A model generated the notes under the pieces. That model was not told the origin of the DNA, did no database searches, and saw only the letters and a list, made by a program, of their open reading frames with translations. This document shows, one piece after another, positions 11,132 through 20,715 of a stretch of DNA of 64,000 nucleotides. Location: positions 32,001 through 96,000 of the forward strand of contig CAWAXX010000023.1 of NCBI GenBank assembly GCA_963786105.1. The letters are read 5' to 3'. This DNA is from Vulcanimicrobiota bacterium (GTDB taxonomy: Bacteria > Vulcanimicrobiota > Vulcanimicrobiia > Vulcanimicrobiales > Vulcanimicrobiaceae). The number at the start of each line of letters is the position of its first letter. The stretch's first letter is position 1. Position numbers and translations under genes: made by a program.

Positions 11132-11929
11132 ATGAACGGTACCTACCGAGAACTCGAGCAGCGCTGGAAACGGCTGCGCGGCCAAGCAGGACTGCGCGTA
11201 CGCGAGGTCGCGTGCGTGGGCGCGCCGCGCACGCTGCTGTGCGCGGAATGGGGCGACCATACGCGTCCGTCGATCGCGATCGCGGCGGGAATTCACGGCG
11301 ACGAGCCCGCGGGTCCGTGGGCTCTGCTGGAGTTGGCGGAGTCGGACGGGCTCGATCCTTCGTTCGCCTATCGCTTATGGCCGTGCACCAACCCGACCGG
11401 GTTCGATGCGCGCACTCGGGAGAGTGCCGGCGGAATCGATCTCAATCGCACGTTCGGACGCGGCGGCCAATCGCCCGAAGCCAAGGCGATACTCATCGCA
11501 AATCGCGATCGAAAATTCTCCTTGTCGCTCGACTTGCACGAAGATGCCGACGCCGTCGGCTTCTACTGCTACGAATACGGCGTAGGCGACGTCGGGCGTG
11601 CGGTCGTCGCGGCGCTCGACGATGCCGGATTGCCGGTCGACCCGCTGGCGGCCACGTTCGATACGGCGGGCCCTCTGGACGACGCGAGTAGCGTGCGCGA
11701 ACGCGGGCGCATCACCGCCGATCACGTCGTCGAGGCCGAGTCGTTGGGCGCACTCTCGTATTCGCTGGCCATTGCGCGCAACGCAGCGCGACGTGCCTTG
11801 ACGTTCGAGACGCCGAGTCGCGAGCCGTGTGAGGCGCGACTCTCGATGCATCGCATTGCCGTGCGCGCAGCGATTGCCGCCATTTCTCAGGGTTTGGGTA
11901 AAGTAACCCGCGAAACGATGCTCGAATGA
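11132..11929 (+). CDS. M14-family zinc carboxypeptidase (MpaA/succinylglutamate desuccinylase-like)
   Basis: GIHGDE, NPTG, DLNRTF, DLHED, FET motifs. Confidence 0.8.
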   Translation: MNGTYRELEQRWKRLRGQAGLRVREVACVGAPRTLLCAEWGDHTRPSIAIAAGIHGDEPAGPWALLELAESDGLDPSFAYRLWPCTNPTGFDARTRESAGGIDLNRTFGRGGQSPEAKAILIANRDRKFSLSLDLHEDADAVGFYCYEYGVGDVGRAVVAALDDAGLPVDPLAATFDTAGPLDDASSVRERGRITADHVVEAESLGALSYSLAIARNAARRALTFETPSREPCEARLSMHRIAVRAAIAAISQGLGKVTRETMLE

Positions 11930-11957
11930 AGACGGCTTGCTATGCACGAGTCCAACT

Positions 11958-13610
11958 GTGGCTGAGCGCGACCAACTCGAAGTCGACGTCCTGTTCGTCG
12001 GCGCGGGACCGGCCAGCTTGGCGGGCGCACTCCGGCTCGCGCTCCTGGCCAAGACGGCCGGACGCGCGCTCGAAATTTTGGTCATCGAGAAGGGCGGCGA
12101 GATCGGCAACCATGGCCTTTCGGGCGCGGTGATGGACCCGCGCGCCTTGGACGAGCTGATCCCCGACTGGAAAAGCAGCGCTCCGGTCGAGTCGCCGGTC
12201 ACCAGCGACGAGCTCTGGTTCCTCACCGAAGGAGGGAAGATCAAGGCGCCGCTGACCCCGCCGCCGCTGAACAATCACGGCAAGTACGTCGCTTCGCTGC
12301 AAAAGATCAGTAAGTGGCTGGGCGAGAAGGCCGAAGAAGCCGGCGCCCAAGTCTTTCCGGCGTTCCCCGGGCAGGAACTGCTATGGGACGGAGATCGCGT
12401 CGCCGGCGTACGGACTGGCGATAAAGGCGTCGACCATAGCGGAAACCGGAAGTCGAACTACGAGCCAGGCGCGGACATTCTCGCCAAAGTGGTCGTACTG
12501 GGCGAGGGTCCGCGCGGGACGCTTGCCAAGCAAGCCGTCGCGCGCTTGAACCTCGACGAAGGGCGCGAGCCACAAGTCTACGCCGCCGGAATCAAGGAGC
12601 TGTGGCAGCTTCCGGACGATCGCTTCAAGGCCGGCGCGGTCGTGCATACGCTCGGGTATCCCTTGCCGCAGGAGACGTTCGGAGGCGGATTCATCTACGG
12701 CATGGGCGGCAACGTGCTCGATATCGGGCACGTCACCGGGCTCGACTACAAGAACCCGACGACCGATCCGCACAACGAGTTGCAGCGCATGAAGCAGCAC
12801 CCCGTCATCGCGAAAATGCTCGAGGGCGGTAGGTTGATTCGCTACGGCGCAAAAGCCATTCCGGAAGGCGGACTCTTCGCGATGCCACGCTTATACGCCG
12901 ACGGGTTGCTGCTCGTCGGCGACACGGGCGGCTTCTTAAACGGCATGCGTCTCAAAGGCATTCACCTCGCGATGAAATCGGGCATGATGGCTGCCGAGAC
13001 GATCTGGGACGCTTTGCAAGCGGAAAAGTACGACGCGCAGACGCTGTCGGCTTTCGAACGGCGCTTTAGAGACTCGTGGGCCTTCGCCGAGCTGCGGTCA
13101 TCGCGCAACTTCCACCAGGGGTTCAAGAACGGTCTGTGGCCGGGAATGATCAATGCCGGCTTGTCGACGATTACGGGCGGCCGGGGCTTCGGGTTCGCGG
13201 ACAAACTTCCGGCCGAACCCGGCTATGAAGTCATGGTCAAGGCCGGTTACCGCCCGGCAGAAACCCCGCGCGCGCCGGTCGACAACCTGCTCACGTTCGA
13301 TAAACTCACGGACGTTTTCAACAGCGGTACAATGCACGAGGAAGATCAGCCGAGCCATCTCAAGGTAGCCGACACGAACGTGTGCCGCGACCGATGCACC
13401 GTGGAGTACGGGAACCCGTGTCAGTACTTCTGTCCGGCAGCCGTCTACGAGCCGATGTTCGAAAAGGTCGACGGTTCGATTGAAGGACGTCTCCAGATCA
13501 ACTTTACGAACTGCGTCCACTGCAAGACGTGCGATATCATCGACCCGTATCAAATCATTACGTGGGTGCCCCCGCAGGGCGGTGAAGGTCCCGTCTACAC
13601 GGGAATGTGA
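11958..13610 (+). CDS. Electron transfer flavoprotein-quinone oxidoreductase
   Basis: VGAGPA, LSGAVMDP, LKGIHLAMKSG, 4Fe-4S motifs CPAAVYE and NCVHCKTCDI, GGEGPVY. Confidence 0.93.
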   Translation: MAERDQLEVDVLFVGAGPASLAGALRLALLAKTAGRALEILVIEKGGEIGNHGLSGAVMDPRALDELIPDWKSSAPVESPVTSDELWFLTEGGKIKAPLTPPPLNNHGKYVASLQKISKWLGEKAEEAGAQVFPAFPGQELLWDGDRVAGVRTGDKGVDHSGNRKSNYEPGADILAKVVVLGEGPRGTLAKQAVARLNLDEGREPQVYAAGIKELWQLPDDRFKAGAVVHTLGYPLPQETFGGGFIYGMGGNVLDIGHVTGLDYKNPTTDPHNELQRMKQHPVIAKMLEGGRLIRYGAKAIPEGGLFAMPRLYADGLLLVGDTGGFLNGMRLKGIHLAMKSGMMAAETIWDALQAEKYDAQTLSAFERRFRDSWAFAELRSSRNFHQGFKNGLWPGMINAGLSTITGGRGFGFADKLPAEPGYEVMVKAGYRPAETPRAPVDNLLTFDKLTDVFNSGTMHEEDQPSHLKVADTNVCRDRCTVEYGNPCQYFCPAAVYEPMFEKVDGSIEGRLQINFTNCVHCKTCDIIDPYQIITWVPPQGGEGPVYTGM

Positions 13611-14206
13611 TTCGAATTCCATTCGCGCCGCTGGTTGCGGGAATTTTCGGTCACCGGCGTCCCGACGATCCGCTCGTCGTGCAGTGGCTTCACAGCGCGG
13701 CGCAATGGAGCGGCGAACACTGGGCCGTGCTGGCAGTCGTGATTCCGGTCGCCGGGCTGATTGCCGCCGGCATCGTGAATCACTACCTCGCGCTGGCACG
13801 CGACAACCGCGCACGCCGCTTGGTTCGCGGTGAGGTTCGGGCGCGCGTTCACGCCGATTTGGCGGCGAGATTGCTGTCGCACTGCAGTTACGTCCAAGCC
13901 GCGATCGGCAATCCGGAGGCGGATCCGACCGCATGGCGTCCCGGCAACGCCTCGCTGCGGACGCGCGCCGAAATGCCCGATGTCGTCGACGCGCTCGGCA
14001 AAGAGTATGTGTCGTTCATGGCGTCTATCGAAAAGGAACGGCGCACGATCGACTTGCTTGCGAGAAACCGCCGGCAATCGGAGCGAATCGACGCGGCCGC
14101 GCGTGACGTTATCGAAACGTACGTCCCGTTCATTTGCGATTTTGGAGAAGAGCGACAGGGGCGTCGCTTAGTCTCCGTCGCAAGCGATTCGGCAAAACGT
14201 GTCTGA
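13607..14206 (+). CDS. Hypothetical membrane protein
   Basis: One TM segment; overlaps both neighbours. Confidence 0.55.
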   Translation: MIRIPFAPLVAGIFGHRRPDDPLVVQWLHSAAQWSGEHWAVLAVVIPVAGLIAAGIVNHYLALARDNRARRLVRGEVRARVHADLAARLLSHCSYVQAAIGNPEADPTAWRPGNASLRTRAEMPDVVDALGKEYVSFMASIEKERRTIDLLARNRRQSERIDAAARDVIETYVPFICDFGEERQGRRLVSVASDSAKRV

Positions 14207-15364
14207 AAACGCCGACGTCGCGATCGTCGGCGCCGGAATGATCGGCCTGGCAATCGCCTTCGAGCTCGCCGAACGCGGGGCGACGGTTCGCGTATACGAT
14301 CGCAGCGAACCTGCCGGAGCCGCGTCGTGGGCCGGCGCCGGCATGCTCGCGCCCTACACGGAAAATGCGAACGACGAAGCGCTGTTCAGCACTGTGCGCG
14401 GCCTCGCTCGACGAGTACCCGCAATTCGTCGAGCGCGTGCGCGAGGCCGGACAGGTCGATCCACGACTGCATCTCAACGGCATCGTTCACGCCGCATTCG
14501 ATCACGCCCATCTCGTGCGTTTGCGACGGCGAGCCGGCGAGCTTCGCGCGCGCGGCGTCGAGTGCGAGATGCTCGATCGAACGCAAACGCTTTGCGGCCG
14601 AGCCGTGGTTGGGCGGACGAGTTCTGGGCGCGATGTTCGTCGGCGCGGAAGGGTACGTCGACAATCGACGTCTCGGTCGTGCTCTCGTCGCCGCGTGCCG
14701 TCAGCGAGGCGTTGCTATCGCGCGCGCCGGGTCGCTCGAGATCGAGTGCGACGATCGTCGCGTGCTCGGCGTCCGGACCGACCTCGGTTTTGCCCCCGCG
14801 GGAGCGATCGTCAACGCCGCCGGCGCATGGGCCGGCGACCTCAGCGGCGTTCCGCCGTCGAGCCTTCCGCCGGTCGAACCGCGCAAAGGCCAAATGCTGG
14901 CACTGGAAACCCCGATCGGTTTCGTGCGGCACGCGACGTGGGTGACGAATGGATATTTCGTTCCCAGGGACGACGGACGCTTGTTGGTCGGTGCGACCGA
15001 CGAGCGCGCCGGGTTCGACGTGCGCGTTACCGCCGGCGGGATCGCCGCCTTGCTCGATTCTGCGCTGGCCGCGGCGCCGTCGCTGGCAGGGTTCACCGTC
15101 AGCGAAACGTGGGCCGGCCTTCGGCCCGGCACCAGGGACGGGCGTCCGTTTATCGGCCTGACACCGCTGAACGGGCTGTTCGTGGCAGCCGGTCACTATC
15201 GCAACGGCATCCTGCTTTCGCCGATCACGGCACGCCTCGTAGCGGAATGCGTAAGCGGACGGGCCGGCAGCGAACTAGCGGCATTTTCGCTCGCTCGCGC
15301 CAAGGTCGAGCCTGCGGGGGGAGATGGAAACGCCGCTACGCGGCGCGAACCCCTAACGACGTGA
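14199..15364 (+). CDS. thiO: Glycine oxidase ThiO (frameshifts near 14388 and 14592)
   Basis: VGAGMIG, ASWAGAGML, KGQM, WAGLRPGT, GHYRNGILLSP over three frames; precedes thiS/thiG. Confidence 0.88.
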
Positions 15365-15561
15365 AAGCCACCATCAACGGAGAGTTGCGCGACCTGCCCG
15401 ATGGATTGACGGTCGGGCGCCTGCTCGAAACGCTCGGATCCCCACGCGACGGCATCGCCGTCGCGCGCAATCAGCGCGTCGTGCGGCGCGCGGAGTACGA
15501 CTCCGATCGTATCGGCGAGGGCGACCGCGTCGAAATCATCAAAGCGGTTGCGGGCGGATGA
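15361..15561 (+). CDS. thiS: Sulfur carrier protein ThiS
   Basis: 66 aa, INGE..., ends EIIKAVAGG. Confidence 0.93.
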   Translation: MKATINGELRDLPDGLTVGRLLETLGSPRDGIAVARNQRVVRRAEYDSDRIGEGDRVEIIKAVAGG

Positions 15562-15562
15562 C

Positions 15563-16360
15563 GTGAACGACACCTTCAAAATCGGGAAATACGAATTGAC
15601 GTCGCGACTGATCGTCGGGAGCGGAAAATATCCCTCGATGGAGATCATGCGCGCGGCTCATGCAGCCAGCGAGGCCGAAATGGTGACGGTTGCAATTCGC
15701 CGCATCAATTTGGACGATCCAAGCGGAAAGACGCTGCTCGATTACGTCGATCGTACGCGCGTGCTCGTCCTGCCGAACACCGCGGGCTGTTACACCGCCC
15801 GGGAAGCGGTGCTCACCGCGCAGTTGGCGCGCGAACTGCTCGACACCGATCTGATCAAGCTCGAGGTCATCGGCGACGCACAAACGCTTCATCCGGATAG
15901 CCGCGAGACGCTCAAAGCCGCCGAAGAACTGGTGAACGACGGCTTCACGGTGCTTCCGTACATCGGCGACGATCCGGTCGCGTGTAAGCAGCTCGAGGAG
16001 CTGGGTTGCGCGGCGGTGATGCCGCTGGCCGCTCCGATCGGCAGTGGTTTGGGCGTCTGCAATCGTTACTCGATCGCGGTCATCAAAGAACGGGCAAACG
16101 TGCCGGTGATCGTCGATGCCGGCGTCGGCACGGCTTCGGATGCGGCGATCGCCATGGAGATCGGCGTCGATGCACTGTTGATGAATACGGGTATTGCCGC
16201 AGCCGGCGATCCGGTACTCATGGCCGAGGCAATGCGAGACGCCGTCCTTGCGGGACGCAAGGCCTTTCTCGCGGGGCGCATGCCCAAACGTCTCTACGCC
16301 AGCGCGTCGAGCCCGATGCAAGATCTCGTCGAAACGCGCCGCGCGACGACGAACCAGTGA
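15563..16360 (+). CDS. thiG: Thiazole synthase
   Basis: [36 protein letters not shown]. Confidence 0.96.
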   Translation: MNDTFKIGKYELTSRLIVGSGKYPSMEIMRAAHAASEAEMVTVAIRRINLDDPSGKTLLDYVDRTRVLVLPNTAGCYTAREAVLTAQLARELLDTDLIKLEVIGDAQTLHPDSRETLKAAEELVNDGFTVLPYIGDDPVACKQLEELGCAAVMPLAAPIGSGLGVCNRYSIAVIKERANVPVIVDAGVGTASDAAIAMEIGVDALLMNTGIAAAGDPVLMAEAMRDAVLAGRKAFLAGRMPKRLYASASSPMQDLVETRRATTNQ

Positions 16361-16926
16361 ACCGCCTTCGATAGCGGTCGTTGCGCGTGAGCCCAGGAGC
16401 CGGCCATCGCGTCGACGTCGCATTCCTCGATACGTTCGATCGCGTAGTGCGATTTTAGCAGCGATTCCAGCTCGGCCCGCGTGAAGTACGTGTGAACCAC
16501 GCCGCGTTCGTCCCCGTCGAAGGGCGCGAACGTTGCCGGGCCAAGCCGCCGCCCGCGACCGAAGCGCGCATCGCGTACCGAGCCGAACGTGGCGTAGAGC
16601 AGGCCGCCGTCGTCGAGGCGATCGGCGATCGATTCGAGCGATGCCGCGATCGTGGCGACGGTTCCGTGAAGCAGACCGTGCGTGCATATCGCGGCGGCGA
16701 ATCGGCCGAGCGCCGCCGGTAGCGGATCGGCGGCGCCGGCGGATGTATCGTCGACCGCGAATACGTCGTGACCGGCGGCGCGCAGCGCGGCACCATTGCG
16801 TCCGCTCCCGGCGCTAAAATCCACGACGCGGCTTCCCGGTCGATTGCGCAGGCGTTCGATTAGTCGCCGAGCCAGCGGATGCGGCGGGCGGATGGTGCTC
16901 CGGTCAAGTGGCGAATGAGGATCCAT
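16294..16926 (-). CDS. Class I SAM-dependent methyltransferase
   Basis: [11 protein letters not shown] motif I; LDDGGLLY. Confidence 0.7.
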   Translation of the reverse strand: MDPHSPLDRSTIRPPHPLARRLIERLRNRPGSRVVDFSAGSGRNGAALRAAGHDVFAVDDTSAGAADPLPAALGRFAAAICTHGLLHGTVATIAASLESIADRLDDGGLLYATFGSVRDARFGRGRRLGPATFAPFDGDERGVVHTYFTRAELESLLKSHYAIERIEECDVDAMAGSWAHAQRPLSKAVHWFVVARRVSTRSCIGLDALA

Positions 16927-16928
16927 CT

Positions 16929-18845
16929 ATGGCGTCCGAGACACTGATTATTGTCGTCGGTGGAGACTACCTCGCGTTTGAGATCTGCAAAGAGATTCTC
17001 AAGACTGCCGGCCACGCCGTCGTCCTGGTGTGGAAACATGGCGACGACTATCGGGCGTCGCGCCTGCTTCATCACGAAGCGAGTTCCCTTACCCGTGAGT
17101 TTAGCGGAACCTTCACCTTCCTGGACGAGGACCCGGTCGACCCCGCCGCCCTGCACCGCGCGGGCTTGTCTTCGCCGGCAGCGGGTGACAAGCGGAGCTA
17201 CTGCCTGGTCGCCGTTTCGCAGGACGATCGGTTGAACTTGCGCGTGTCGCTGCTCGCACGCGACATCAACGAGCACTGTCGCATCACGCTGCGCCAGTTC
17301 AATCCGGTCCTCGGGCACAAAATTCAGGAAGGATTGCGCTACAACTGCACCGCGATCTCGCCGGCCGCCCACGCCGCGGCCACGTATGCGGCCTCCGCCA
17401 TCGATCCGTCGTGCTTTTACGCGTTGCGTTTCCCGACGCTCGAATCCGCGGCCGCGCGCTTCGCCACCAGACGTTCGTCCGCAGCCGATTCGGACCCGGA
17501 GGTGGACGCGCAGTCGAGGCTTTTCGCATTCTCCGAGCGGAGCGCGTCGTATTTCGGAATAGCCGGCATGACCGTAGCAGAGGCCGAGCGTCTGCATCTT
17601 CTCCGCATCGTTTTGGTGAACGAGCGAGCGCCGTACCTCTGTCAGGGCGACGAAGAACTTCACGATGAAGAGCTACTCCTAAGGCCTATGGCCGATGGCG
17701 ACCGAGTGGTCGCCTTTGGACCGGTTACCTCGCTGCGCGAAGCCGGCGCTCGCGATGCGGCCGGACGCGTTACCCGCTGGGAAGCGATCAAAGGGCAATG
17801 GCGCGATACGCTTGCCGGAATTCGGCGCACCGAGCCGGTGTTACGCATGGCCGCGACGATCGGCATACTCGTATACGCGCTGTTCGTGATGTTCTTTGTT
17901 GCCGTCACGCATTGGAACGTCGCCGGAGCGATGTACTTCGTCATGACGACGATGGCAGGCGCTCCGGACACGGCCTTGTGCGCCGACTGCGGCAACGCGA
18001 AAATCTTGACGTCCTGGCAAGTCGTGGAAATGGCCGGCGCCGTCCTGGCTACGCTCGTCGGAATCGCGCTCGTCGCAATCTTCACCGCCACCGTGACGAC
18101 CGGATTCTACGCCGCGGCGATTCGACGGACGCAAGGCTTACGCCGGATTCGTCGCAGCGGGCACGTCATCGTGTGTGGTGCCGGCAACGTCGGAAGCCTC
18201 GTCATCGATTACTTGCGCCAGCTGGGCGAACAAGTCGTGGTGGTCGAGAAGAATCCCGACAGCCTCCTCATCGAGCTGGCGCGCGATCGGAAGATCGACC
18301 TGCTCACCGGGGACGCGACCAATGACGAGACGATCGCGTATTGCTCGCCGGAAACCGCGAAGAGCTTGGTCGGCGTGACCAATAGCGATACGGCCAATCT
18401 CGAGACGGCTCTGGGGGCTCGCTCGTACGCCCGCGGAAACGCCGACCGGCCCCTTCACGTCGTTCTGCGCATCGACGAGCTCACGTTCGGCCGCTCGATC
18501 AAACGACACTTCGGGATATCGTCGTTCTCGACCACCGAGCTGACGGCCGCCACCATCGCCGGGTTGGCTCGGTTCGAAAGCACTCGCGGCCGCTTCGATC
18601 TCTTTGCCGACACCGGCCGTCCGCAGTCGTTTCAACTTGCCGAGCGCTTCCAAGGGCCCGAAAACGCCCCGCCGCCCGCGCCGCCCGAGCGTCCCGGTTA
18701 TAAAGTGCGATGGATTCCGCTCTACGTCTGGCGCGAGAGCGAAACCGGCAAGGGAGAGGCGATTCGGATACGCAACTTCGAAGGCGAAGTCCGCAGCGGC
18801 GACCGTCTGCTCTTTATGGTGCCGCTCGACCAGTTCATCAACTGA
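16929..18845 (+). CDS. Tandem RCK/TrkA-N domain channel-like membrane protein
   Basis: N-terminal IVVGGD Rossmann-like domain, 2 TM plus pore helix, HVIVCGAGNVG...GDAT. Confidence 0.75.
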   Translation: MASETLIIVVGGDYLAFEICKEILKTAGHAVVLVWKHGDDYRASRLLHHEASSLTREFSGTFTFLDEDPVDPAALHRAGLSSPAAGDKRSYCLVAVSQDDRLNLRVSLLARDINEHCRITLRQFNPVLGHKIQEGLRYNCTAISPAAHAAATYAASAIDPSCFYALRFPTLESAAARFATRRSSAADSDPEVDAQSRLFAFSERSASYFGIAGMTVAEAERLHLLRIVLVNERAPYLCQGDEELHDEELLLRPMADGDRVVAFGPVTSLREAGARDAAGRVTRWEAIKGQWRDTLAGIRRTEPVLRMAATIGILVYALFVMFFVAVTHWNVAGAMYFVMTTMAGAPDTALCADCGNAKILTSWQVVEMAGAVLATLVGIALVAIFTATVTTGFYAAAIRRTQGLRRIRRSGHVIVCGAGNVGSLVIDYLRQLGEQVVVVEKNPDSLLIELARDRKIDLLTGDATNDETIAYCSPETAKSLVGVTNSDTANLETALGARSYARGNADRPLHVVLRIDELTFGRSIKRHFGISSFSTTELTAATIAGLARFESTRGRFDLFADTGRPQSFQLAERFQGPENAPPPAPPERPGYKVRWIPLYVWRESETGKGEAIRIRNFEGEVRSGDRLLFMVPLDQFIN

Positions 18846-18864
18846 ATTTCAAGAAGGAGACGAC

Positions 18865-19320
18865 GTGCTCAGCGTAGGCGATCGATTACCGGACGTCCGA
18901 CTGCTCGACGACGAGGGAAACTCGGTGGCGACGAACGATTTGCTCGGCGGACCGTTGGTGCTGTATTTCTATCCGAAGGACGATACGCCGGGGTGTACTA
19001 GCGAGGCGTCGCAGTTTCGCGATCTGTACAAGCAGTTCCTCAAAAAGAAGGCGCGCATCGTCGGCGTAAGCCGCGACACGCCCGAGTCGCATCAAAAGTT
19101 CAAGCAAAAGTTTTCGATACCGTTCACCCTGCTGGCCGACACCGAATCGCAGCTCTGCGATGCGTTTGGAGTGATCGTCGAGAAGACGATGTACGGAAAG
19201 AAGCGGATGGGGATCGCTCGCTCGACGTTCCTGATCGACGAAAAAGGAAAAATCGTCAAGGTATGGCCTAAGGTCAACGTCGACGAACACGCAGACGAAG
19301 TGCTTTCCTCCTTGCCGTGA
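18865..19320 (+). CDS. bcp: Thioredoxin-dependent peroxiredoxin Bcp
   Basis: LYFYPKDDTPGCT, RSTFLID; AGGAG RBS before GTG. Confidence 0.95.
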   Translation: MLSVGDRLPDVRLLDDEGNSVATNDLLGGPLVLYFYPKDDTPGCTSEASQFRDLYKQFLKKKARIVGVSRDTPESHQKFKQKFSIPFTLLADTESQLCDAFGVIVEKTMYGKKRMGIARSTFLIDEKGKIVKVWPKVNVDEHADEVLSSLP

Positions 19321-20102
19321 TTTCCTCAGGCGCCCTGAACGTGCGGGCGATCGGGTCGAGTCCTTCGGTTCAACGTCCGGGACGCGCGTGCAGCTCGTAT
19401 CTGCTGCGCACGGGCGAGGCCGCGGTGCTGCTCGATATCGGAAGTGGCGCGCTCGGAAACCTGCAGCTGGCGATCGACTACCCCGCGCTCGACGCGATCG
19501 TCGTTTCGCACATGCACGCCGATCACTTTCTCGACGTCATTCCGCTGCGGTACGGCCTAACCTACGGTCCGCTGTCTGCGCGATGGCCGCATCCCGCTGT
19601 GGCTGCCGCCCGGCGGAGCGCAGAGGTTGAGGCTGCTCTGCCGCGGGTTTTCCGGCGAAGGGAGCTGGAGACTTCTTAGACGGCGTCTTTATCGTCCACG
19701 AATACGATCCGGACAAGGCACTGCAGGTTCGAACGACGTGCGCCTCACGTTCAGCGCCCACGCGGCACTACATCGAGTCGTATTCCATTCGAGCCGAATG
19801 CGGCGCTGCGAGCGTCACCTACTCCGGCGACACCGCTCCGTGCGACGCCGTCGTCGACCACGCGCGAGGGTCGTCGCTGTTCGTCTGCGAAGCGACGCTC
19901 GGACTCGGCACGGAAGCTGAGCCGCGCGGTCACTCGTCGGCGACCGGAAGCCGGCGAAATGGCTCGGCGCGCGAACGTCGGGCGCCTCGCTCTCACGCAC
20001 TACTACGCGATTGCCGACCCGCAAGCATTGGTCGATGCCGCCAGCGCCGAGTTCGCGGGACCGGTGTCCGCGATCGACGACGGCGTTGAGTTTTCACTGT
20101 GA
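19317..20102 (+). CDS. MBL-fold metallo-hydrolase (YhfI/RNase Z-like), multiple frameshifts between 19580 and 19950
   Basis: CSSYLL, SHMHADH, YSGDT, CEAT, GHSSA, LTHY recoverable across frames. Confidence 0.7.
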
Positions 20103-20154
20103 TCCAAGCGATGTCACAGACGCTCCGGTCAGCATGAAGAGACGTGACGCTGCG

Positions 20155-20715
20155 TTAGTTTTCGGTTTTCGGCTCGGAGCGCGGGAGCGAGAATTGAATG
20201 AGTGCCGGGATTGGTGCGAATCCGCGGCTGATCACGGCGTACGGCGTAGCGCGCAGTCCCAACTTCTCCAAGCGAGCGACGGCCGCCATCATTTGTCGTC
20301 CGCTGGTGACGACGTCTTCAAGCAGCAGCACGTGCTGGCCGGAGGCGTAGGGACCTTCGACGTACTCGTCGGCAAACGCGCCGTACCCTTTTGGTTGTTT
20401 GCGCACGGCGATCATCGGAATTCCTGAAAGCTGCGAGACGGCGGTCGCGATCACGACGCCGCCGAGTTCCGTCCCGCCGATGATGTCGGGGTTGAGATCC
20501 GAAATAATGGTCGTAAACAGCCGGGCGATCCGCCGCAGCACGTTCGGATCGGCGAACAGGGAAAATTTATCGATGTAATAATCGCTGCGCACTCCGCCCG
20601 AGAGCACGTAGTCGCCGCGCGTCAGCGCGCGTTCGACAATGATCTTCCGCAGCCAAACCAACTCGGGTATGGGACCGGAGGGCCGATCGGGCCTGCCTAG
20701 ATGCTCCACTGCCAC
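20155..20715 (-). CDS. pyrE: Orotate phosphoribosyltransferase-like protein (start uncertain)
   Basis: GDYVLSGGVRSDYYID, VRKQPKGYG, PRPP motif LLEDVVTSG. Confidence 0.75.
   Translation of the reverse strand: MAVEHLGRPDRPSGPIPELVWLRKIIVERALTRGDYVLSGGVRSDYYIDKFSLFADPNVLRRIARLFTTIISDLNPDIIGGTELGGVVIATAVSQLSGIPMIAVRKQPKGYGAFADEYVEGPYASGQHVLLLEDVVTSGRQMMAAVARLEKLGLRATPYAVISRGFAPIPALIQFSLPRSEPKTEN

Noticed and set aside
14365..15561. Long ORF ending in ThiS
   Set aside because: Chance open frame containing a frameshifted thiO segment; ThiS starts at GTG 15361.
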